Of a stretch of DNA of 64,000 nucleotides, positions 55,420 through 64,000 are shown in pieces. Position 1 is the first letter of the stretch. Each line of letters starts with the position of its first letter. Made by a program: the position numbers and the translations under genes. Origin of the DNA: Planctomycetota bacterium (GTDB lineage: Bacteria > Planctomycetota > B15-G4); assembly GCA_038212275.1 (NCBI GenBank), contig JBBQUR010000005.1, forward strand, positions 96,001 to 160,000, given 5' to 3'. Under the pieces are notes generated by a model. It saw only the letters and a program-made list of their open reading frames with translations, did not search any database and was not told where the DNA came from.

Positions 55420-58410
55420 CTACTCGCGGTTCTGCTGTTGCCAGCGCACGGCGCGCGCCGCGATGCCGGCTCCGGGTTGCGCCGCGTCCCAGGCGGTGTA
55501 GAGCGCGAGGATGCCTTCCCGCGCGGCTACGTGGGCGGCCGGCGGTGCATCGGGCAGCAGCTCGAGCGCTTCGCAGGCCTGTCGCAGCAGGGCCTCGGCT
55601 TCCTCGTAGCGCCCGAGCGCCGTGAGGCAGCGCCCCTCGACTTGGCGGGCGAAGGCCAGCTCCCATGCGCTGCGGGGCACGAGCTTCTCGCGCACGGACA
55701 CCAGCTCCGCGAGCAGCGGCTCGGCCGTCGCTGCATCGCCGCGGGTCAGCAACGCCATGCCGTAGTCGTTGAGTGAATAGGCCAGCTCCACATGCACCTT
55801 GCCGTAACGATCGCGGCGCGACACCAGTGCCTTGCGGAAGAGCACGTCGGCCTCGTCGTGCCTGCCCTGGCGGTCGAGCACCTTGGCCAGGCCGTTCTGC
55901 GCGGCGGGCACGAAGGGCTGGTCCTGCAGGCCGTTGCGCTCGACGAGGTCCAGCGCTTCGGCGAGCGCAGGAGCGGCGGCCGCGTCGTCGCCGGCGTCCT
56001 GCAGTTGTCCGGCCCAGTTGTAGAGGCTCTGTGCCCGGTCGGGATCGTCCTCGCGCAGGATCCTCCGGTTGCTGGCCGCGATCGCACCCAGTTGCTCGGC
56101 AGCTTCCTGCGGGCGTCGCTGCCGCGCAAACACCTGCGCCGCCTTGAAGCGCGACGTCAAGGTCACCGGGCTGTCCTCGCCCAGCACGCGCCGGCTGCTC
56201 TCCAGGGTCGCGAAGATCAGCGGATCGGCCTCGTCGAAGCGCCCTTGCGACCACAGGCGGCCGGCGAGGTTGTTGAGCGTGTTCAGCGTCTCGAGGCTGT
56301 CGTCGCCGAAGATGCGGCGGCGCCGCTCCAGGCAGTCGCGCAGCATGGCCTCGCTTTCCTCGTGGCGGCCCAGCGCCTGCAGGCAGAGCGACAGGTTGTT
56401 GAGGATCGAGCAGGTCTGCTGGTTGTCGACGCCGAAGATGCGCTCAGAGCGGTCCAGGGCGTCGCGCAGAGCGGCTTCGGCGTCCTCGTGCTGCCCGAGC
56501 TTGTCGAGCGTGCTGCCCAGCGCGCCGAGCGCGACGATGGTGTCCGGGTGATCGTCGCCCAGCCGCGTGCTGCGCTCGTCCAGCAGCTGCTCGAGCAGCT
56601 CGCGCGACTCCGCGGACAGATTCATGAAGCCGAGCGTCTGGGCCAGCATGAAGCGCGTGTTGTTCACGTCGGGATGATCGGAGTCGGGCAGCCTGGACAG
56701 TCCGGCGAGCGACGCGCGCAGCGTGATTTCCGCTTCTCGGTAGCGCCCGAGGCGCATCAGCGTGTCGCCGAGCTCGGACTGCGAGTGCAGCGTGTCGACG
56801 TCGTCTGCGCCGAAGGCCGCCGTCAGCTGCTGCAGCGTCGTGCGCTGCATGGCCTCGGCGCCGGCCAGGTCGCCGCGCAGCTTGCGCAGGCGTCCGAGAT
56901 CGCCGGCCGTCATGAGCGTGCGCCGGTCGTCCGGGCCGAAGTGCTCCAGCTCCACGGCGTAAGCGCGCTGCAGCTCAGAGTCCGCCTCGACGAACTGGTT
57001 GAGCCGGCCGTAGACGTTGCCCAGCGTGTTGCGCAGGCGTGCCTCGACGTCCGGCTGTCCGGCCAGCTCCACCGGCAACCGCGCGCTCGCCTCGCCGAGG
57101 ATGCGCTGCAGGAGCGTCGTGTCGGCGCCGCGCGCCACGCTGGGATCGATGCCCTTGAACATCGTGAGCAGGAAGGCCGCGGTGGCCTCGGCGTGCTGCT
57201 GCTGCGTCTCGGCTGCCACGCGCGCGTCGTGCTCGCGGACGTTGGCCTCGCGCTCGCGCTCGGTCGCCTGGCGCGCGCGCTCCGTCGCTGCACGCTCGCT
57301 CACGTTGGCGCTGCGTTCGCGCAGGTAGAGCTGCGTGGTGACGGCCACGGCGATCATCAGCGTCAGCAACACGGCGGCCAGTGCGCCCACCAGGATCCGG
57401 TTGCGCCGCGCGAAGCGGGAGAGCTGGTACCAGGCGCTGGCGGGGCGCGCGGCGATCGGCTCGTCGGCCAGGTGGCGCCGGATGTCGTCGGCCATGGCGG
57501 CCGCCGAGGCGTAGCGCCGTGTCTTGTCCTTCTCGAGTGCCTTCTGGACGATCGTCTCGATGTCGCCGCGCAGCGCGCGGTCGTGCGAGCTCAGCCTGCT
57601 CGGCTCGTCCTCCTGGATGACGCGCACGGCCTCCGGCAGGCCCGCGCGATCCAGGATGTGCGGCAGCCGCCCGGTCAGCAATTCGTAGAGCACGACGCCC
57701 AGCGAATACACGTCGGAGCGCGCGTCGACCTCGTCCTGCCTGCCGCCCGCCTGCTCCGGGCTCATGTAGGCCAGCGTGCCGAGCATCGCGCCCATGTCGG
57801 TGCGCATCGTGGTCGAGCGGCCGTCGTCGTCGACCAGCCGCGCCACGCCGAAGTCCAGCACCTTGGGCTGGCCCTCGGGCGTCATCAGGATGTTGCCCGG
57901 CTTGAGGTCGCGATGGATCACGCCCTTGCCGTGCGCGTGCTCCACGGCGTCGGCGATGAGGATCGCGAGTTCCAGTCGCGCGCGGATGTCGAGCGAGTGC
58001 TCCTGTGCGTACTGGTCGATGCGCCCGCCCTCGACGAACTCCAGCGCGAAGTACGGCAGCACGCCCTGCTCGGTGGCGTAGGTGCCGGCCTGGAAGATCT
58101 GCGCGATGCCGGGATGCCGCAGCCGCGCCAGCAGCTCGCCCTCCTGCTCGAAGCGGCGCAGCGTGCGCGGCGACAGCGCGCCGGCATGGATCACCTTGAG
58201 CGCGACCCGGCGCGTCGGGTGCTCCTGCTGCGCCAGGAAGACGACGCCCATGCCGCCTTCGCCGATCTTTCGCAGAATCCGGAACGGCCCGATCTCGCGC
58301 GGCAGGTCGATCGGGCGCGCCTCCGACGGCGCCTCCGGGTCCGTGGAGTCGGCCGAGTCGGCCGAGTCGGCCGAGTCGGGAGAAGCGGGAGAGGCGGGCT
58401 GCTCGGTCAT
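55420..58410 (-). CDS. Ser/Thr protein kinase with a TM segment and many kinesin-light-chain-type TPRs
   Basis: GEGGMGVV, VALK, HRDLKPGN, LDFG, GTLAYMSPEQ; repeated GxDHPxTL...NLA units. Confidence 0.94.
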   Translation of the reverse strand: MTEQPASPASPDSADSADSADSTDPEAPSEARPIDLPREIGPFRILRKIGEGGMGVVFLAQQEHPTRRVALKVIHAGALSPRTLRRFEQEGELLARLRHPGIAQIFQAGTYATEQGVLPYFALEFVEGGRIDQYAQEHSLDIRARLELAILIADAVEHAHGKGVIHRDLKPGNILMTPEGQPKVLDFGVARLVDDDGRSTTMRTDMGAMLGTLAYMSPEQAGGRQDEVDARSDVYSLGVVLYELLTGRLPHILDRAGLPEAVRVIQEDEPSRLSSHDRALRGDIETIVQKALEKDKTRRYASAAAMADDIRRHLADEPIAARPASAWYQLSRFARRNRILVGALAAVLLTLMIAVAVTTQLYLRERSANVSERAATERARQATEREREANVREHDARVAAETQQQHAEATAAFLLTMFKGIDPSVARGADTTLLQRILGEASARLPVELAGQPDVEARLRNTLGNVYGRLNQFVEADSELQRAYAVELEHFGPDDRRTLMTAGDLGRLRKLRGDLAGAEAMQRTTLQQLTAAFGADDVDTLHSQSELGDTLMRLGRYREAEITLRASLAGLSRLPDSDHPDVNNTRFMLAQTLGFMNLSAESRELLEQLLDERSTRLGDDHPDTIVALGALGSTLDKLGQHEDAEAALRDALDRSERIFGVDNQQTCSILNNLSLCLQALGRHEESEAMLRDCLERRRRIFGDDSLETLNTLNNLAGRLWSQGRFDEADPLIFATLESSRRVLGEDSPVTLTSRFKAAQVFARQRRPQEAAEQLGAIAASNRRILREDDPDRAQSLYNWAGQLQDAGDDAAAAPALAEALDLVERNGLQDQPFVPAAQNGLAKVLDRQGRHDEADVLFRKALVSRRDRYGKVHVELAYSLNDYGMALLTRGDAATAEPLLAELVSVREKLVPRSAWELAFARQVEGRCLTALGRYEEAEALLRQACEALELLPDAPPAAHVAAREGILALYTAWDAAQPGAGIAARAVRWQQQNRE

Positions 58411-58526
58411 GCGGGCGGAAGTGTCGCATGAGGCGGCGCCCCGTACGACGTGGCGCAGGCGGCACCCGGGTCGTGGCACTTGTGGAACTCCGAATCCGCT
58501 AGTGAGGGGAAAGGAGGCCTCCGCCC

Positions 58527-60005
58527 ATGTTCGACACGCACCCTGTCCCGCTTCCGCACACGCGGCGGAGTTTCCTGCTCGGATCGGCGGCTGCGGCCGC
58601 GGGACTCGCGCTCACGTCGCGGAGCGTGGTGGCCGCGCTCGTGCCGGCGCTGCCGGGCCGCCCGGAGGAATTGCCCGACGAGCGGGCCGAGCGCGAGGCC
58701 TTCCTCGCCGCCGTCATCGCGGGCGACCTGGTCGCCGTGCGCGCGCGCCTCGAGACGAGGCCGCGCCTCGTCGATGCCGCCGATGCGGCCGGGTGCTCCG
58801 CGCTCGTGCTGGCGTACTGCCATGGCCAGCAGCCCGTCGCGGACGCCCTGCGCGAACGCGGGGCGCGCGTCGAACTCATCGAGGCCTGCATGATTCCCGA
58901 TTGGGATCGCGTGAAGGAGCTGGCGGGCGGTGATGGGGCGGGCGTCGACGCATGGCACCCCGTCGGCGGCACCGCGATGTACGCCGCGGCGCGTGCCGGC
59001 CGCGCCGACACCTATCACCTGCAGGATCTGGGCGCCGACCCCGATGGCAACCCGCGCGGGCGCTCCGGCGTCACGCCTGCCTGGGGCGCCCTCGAGTGCA
59101 GGGACCCCATCGACGCGTGGCGCTGCACGGTCGCACTGCTGAGCAACGGCGCGCACGTGAATGCGCCGCAGCGCCACGGCGAGACGCTGCTGCACGCCGC
59201 GGCGCGGCGCGGCGACGTGAACATCCTGCGCTACCTGCTGCGGCGCGGCGCGGACACGGAGGCGCGGACGCTGCATGGAGTCACCGCGCTTGGCGAAGCG
59301 GAGCGCCTCGGTCACGAGGCGGCCGCCGCGATGCTGCGGAATGCGTCGAGCGTCGAGCGCGACGACTTCACGCTGCGCTACGCCTTCGACGCGAGCGGTG
59401 CGCCGGTCATCTGGCCGGACCTCTCCGATCTCTCGCCCGCCGAGATGAGCGCGGTGACGGGGCCCTCGCACTTCAATCTCGAGGCCGTGAAGACCGCCGT
59501 CGGCAGCGACACGCGGCGCTCCTTCTCGGTGTCCACGCAGGACGAACTCGCCGTCGAGGCCTGCGGTCACACGGGTTACCGCGAGGCCATCGCCTATCAC
59601 CTCGACCACGGCGTCCCGATGTCGCTCGCGACGGCACTCTCCTTCGGCGACCTGAAGCGGGCGCGCGCGCTGCTCGAACGCCATCCCGGTTCGATCCACG
59701 AGCGCGGCCCGCACGACTTCGCGATCATGTGGTACCCGGCCATCGGCGGCGACTCTGTCGAGGCCGCGCAACTGCTGCTCGAGCATGGTGCCGACGTGAA
59801 CCAGGACAGCCAGGGCACGATCGCGCTGCACTGGGCGGCGATGCGCGGCCGGCTCGAACTGGCCGCGTTTCTCCTCGACGAGGGGGCGCGCATCGATGCC
59901 GTCAGCTACAGTTTCGATCGGGCCGGCAGGACGCCGCTGCAACTCGCCCTGGAGCGCGAGCAGGACAAGCTCGTCACGCTGCTTCGCGAGCGCGGCGCCA
60001 CCTGA
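58527..60005 (+). CDS. Tat-exported ankyrin repeat protein
   Basis: TRRSFLLG twin-arginine signal; GETLLHAAARRG, ALHWAAMRG, GRTPLQLA; AGGAGG RBS. Confidence 0.9.
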   Translation: MFDTHPVPLPHTRRSFLLGSAAAAAGLALTSRSVVAALVPALPGRPEELPDERAEREAFLAAVIAGDLVAVRARLETRPRLVDAADAAGCSALVLAYCHGQQPVADALRERGARVELIEACMIPDWDRVKELAGGDGAGVDAWHPVGGTAMYAAARAGRADTYHLQDLGADPDGNPRGRSGVTPAWGALECRDPIDAWRCTVALLSNGAHVNAPQRHGETLLHAAARRGDVNILRYLLRRGADTEARTLHGVTALGEAERLGHEAAAAMLRNASSVERDDFTLRYAFDASGAPVIWPDLSDLSPAEMSAVTGPSHFNLEAVKTAVGSDTRRSFSVSTQDELAVEACGHTGYREAIAYHLDHGVPMSLATALSFGDLKRARALLERHPGSIHERGPHDFAIMWYPAIGGDSVEAAQLLLEHGADVNQDSQGTIALHWAAMRGRLELAAFLLDEGARIDAVSYSFDRAGRTPLQLALEREQDKLVTLLRERGAT

Positions 60006-60065
60006 CCGTGCCATGAAGGCTCAGCAGGCCGTGAGGCTGTCATCGCGCACCACTCGATCGAACCC

Positions 60066-60537
60066 GTGTACGAACGCCTGCGCGTGCTTGCCGCCCGGCA
60101 GCTCGGGCGGGAGCGCATCGATCACACGCTGCAGCCCACGGCGCTGGTGCACGAGGCGTGGTTGCGCCTCGCGGACTGGCGCAGCAGCGACGAGCTGGCG
60201 GCGCTTCCGCCGGAGGAGTTCGCGATGCTGGCGAGCTCGATCATGCGTCGCGTGCTGACCGATCACGCACGCTCGCGAGGAGCCGCCAAACGCACCGCGG
60301 ACAGCGCGCCTCCCGCTTCCGGCACGACCTCCGGCGCGCGCATCATCGTCGAAGTGGATGATGCGCTGCGCGACCTGGCCGAGCAGGACGCGGAGCTCGC
60401 GCGCCTCGTCGAGCTGCGCTTCTTCGGCGGCTGCACGCTGCGCGAAATCGCCACGCTGACGGGAGCCTCGCTGCGCACGGTGAATCGTCGCTGGCAGCTC
60501 GCGCGCGCCTGGCTGCTCGACGCGATGGGCCAGGACC

Positions 60538-60548
<11 letters not shown>
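60066..60548 (+). CDS. ECF sigma factor of the kinase-associated type (ECF43-like)
   Basis: HTLQPTALVHEAWLRL, MRRVLTDHAR, LVELRFFGG, RTVNRRWQLARAWL; overlaps the downstream kinase. Confidence 0.88.
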
Positions 60549-62301
<1,753 letters not shown>

Positions 62302-62514
62302 TTCCGGAGTCTCCCCGGGCGGGACAGCTGAAGCGCAGGATGGCCGTGGATGTGCTGCGCTGCGCGGGCGGCAGAGCCTCCGCATGTCACAAGCGCCTCG
62401 ACTCGCCGATTCCTTGTCTTGCAGCGCATGATCCCATGGAAGCCATGCGGCGTCGTGCTCGCAGCTGTGGGGCAACCAGTCGGCGCACGCGCCCCGACCG
62501 CAGTCCGGAGATCC

Positions 62515-63759
62515 ATGGGCAGCCCCCGCATCGTGCTGTTCGCCGCCGACGAGGTCGGGCACTTCCAGCGGATGCTGCCGTTGATGGCGGGGCTCAGGCG
62601 TCGCGGTGCGCGCGTGGAGGTCTTCACCTACCCGCGCTTCCGCACGGCGGTCGAGAGCACCGGCGCAGCCTTCACGGACCTCTCCGACCTTTGTTCGGAG
62701 GAGGCTGCCGACGCCACGTCGCAGCCGGCGGCCTGCCGCTCCGTCGCCTTCGCAGGCTGCTACGCGGACGTCGTCGCCGAGCGCCTCGCGTGCGACCGCC
62801 CGGCGCTCATCCTGCACGACACCTTTGCGGTCATCGGGTATGTCGTGGGGCGGGTGCTCGGCGTGCCCTGCGTCAACATCTGCGCCGGGCACAACGTGGA
62901 TCCCGAGACGTTCCAGGCCGCTCTGGCCGTGGACCCGCGCGTGTTCGTCTCGCAGGACTGCCATGCGGCCGTCGAGCGACTGCGCAGCCGCTTCGGCATC
63001 ACGAACGCCTCACCCTTCCTCTACGTGGCGACGCTCAGCCCGTGGCTCAACATCTGCTGCGAGCCGCCCGAATACCTGGCGCCTCACGAACGGCAGGTCT
63101 TTGCGCCGCTCGCGTTCTTCGGCTCGCTGGCGGACACGACATTGCCGTCACGGCGAGAGCCGGGCACGGAAGCGCACTTCGGTGCCGAGCCCGAGACGCT
63201 CAAGGTCTACGTCTCGTTCGGCACGGTCGCGTGGCGCTACTACAGGCCGCAGGTCGTGGCGGCGCTGAGTGTGATTGCGGCGGAGCTGTCCGGGAGGCCG
63301 GGCACGACGTCCATCGTGTCGCTCGGAGGCCACGCACTCTCCGTGCGCGACCTCGCGGCGCTGGAGCTGCCCGGCGTGCGGGTCGTGCGGTACGCCAACC
63401 AGCGCGAGGTGCTTGCGGAGGCCGACGTCTTCATCACGCACCACGGCCTGAACTCCACGCACGAGGCGGTCTACCACCGCGTGCCGATGATCTCGTACCC
63501 CTTGTTCTGGGATCAGCCGGCTCTTGCCGCCCGGTGCCAGGAGTTCGGCATCGCCGTGCCGCTGGTCGCGACGCCGCGCGGACCCGTGACGCGCTCCGAC
63601 GTGGCGCGTGCGCTCGATGCGGTCGTCGATGCGGACTTCCTGCAACCTGCCCTGAAGCTGGCTCGCGAACGCGAACTCGCCGTCATGCGCGCTCGCGACG
63701 GTGTCCTCGATCAGCTCATGGATCTCGCCGGCGGCCGGTCGCTCACGCTGGGGCGGTGA
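62515..63759 (+). CDS. GT1/MGT-family glycosyltransferase
   Basis: GHFQRML, VYVSFGT, NQREVL..ADVFITHHGLNSTHEAV...PLFWDQ; GGAG RBS. Confidence 0.9.
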   Translation: MGSPRIVLFAADEVGHFQRMLPLMAGLRRRGARVEVFTYPRFRTAVESTGAAFTDLSDLCSEEAADATSQPAACRSVAFAGCYADVVAERLACDRPALILHDTFAVIGYVVGRVLGVPCVNICAGHNVDPETFQAALAVDPRVFVSQDCHAAVERLRSRFGITNASPFLYVATLSPWLNICCEPPEYLAPHERQVFAPLAFFGSLADTTLPSRREPGTEAHFGAEPETLKVYVSFGTVAWRYYRPQVVAALSVIAAELSGRPGTTSIVSLGGHALSVRDLAALELPGVRVVRYANQREVLAEADVFITHHGLNSTHEAVYHRVPMISYPLFWDQPALAARCQEFGIAVPLVATPRGPVTRSDVARALDAVVDADFLQPALKLARERELAVMRARDGVLDQLMDLAGGRSLTLGR

Positions 63760-63890
63760 AGCGGGCGCGCCGCCCTTGCCGGTTCATTCGTCTTGCATGT
63801 TTTGAGGGTATGCAGCAAGGTATCCGCCACGGACACGCCGGCCGGGCTGCCTTGGCTCGCGGCGAGTGACGACCTGCGGGAGACGGGCAC

Positions 63891-64000
63891 ATGGGAAACC
63901 ACGGAAATCAGCTCACGCGGGGAGTCCAGGCGCTTGCCGTGCTGACCCTCCTGACCGCAGCCGGGCAGGCCTCGGCGCAGTCGCTGGCCGACCTGCAGCC
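63891..64000 (+). CDS. Start of a secreted protein (partial)
   Basis: GGAG RBS; MGNHGNQLTRGVQALAVLTLLTAAGQASA-Q signal peptide; open to the window end. Confidence 0.6.
   Translation, partial: MGNHGNQLTRGVQALAVLTLLTAAGQASAQSLADLQ

Overview
High-GC (roughly 70% by eye) bacterial chromosomal segment, probably from an uncultured Planctomycetota lineage. That assignment is inferred from the ECF sigma/Ser-Thr kinase pairing, the prenyltransferase-like barrels and the Cys-rich CzcB. About 46 genes are present. They include chrA; an XRE-HTH-TOBE regulator with modABC; a decayed CHAT protease gene; a cupin/amidohydrolase/giant DUF885 operon; cyaY; sppA; a four-gene sugar-modification cluster; a MacAB-TolC-type exporter; yhaO/yhaN; czcCBA; a sulfatase-fold enzyme; ugpQ; a Rieske-flavodoxin fusion; a MATE pump; an extracellular nuclease; an NTT-like MFS transporter; a three-domain RNase H2/H3-like nuclease; two Ser/Thr kinases with an ECF sigma; and a GT1 glycosyltransferase. 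I saw no rRNA, tRNA, CRISPR array, integrase or transposase. The most notable observations are: (1) a DUF885 metallopeptidase with two complete squalene-cyclase/prenyltransferase-like barrels (~840 aa) inserted in one loop; (2) an XRE-TOBE fusion in place of ModE, with a palindrome over its own -10 box; (3) an RNase H-fold protein with a TBP-like N-terminal domain and an unexplained C-terminal domain; (4) a 39-bp AT-rich palindrome with a CAGTG apex near cyaY; (5) a recurrent -10-like hexamer 7 nt before start codons, suggesting leaderless mRNAs; (6) pervasive short tandem-repeat expansions in protein loops and intergenic DNA. All calls come from motif recognition only; no searches were run.
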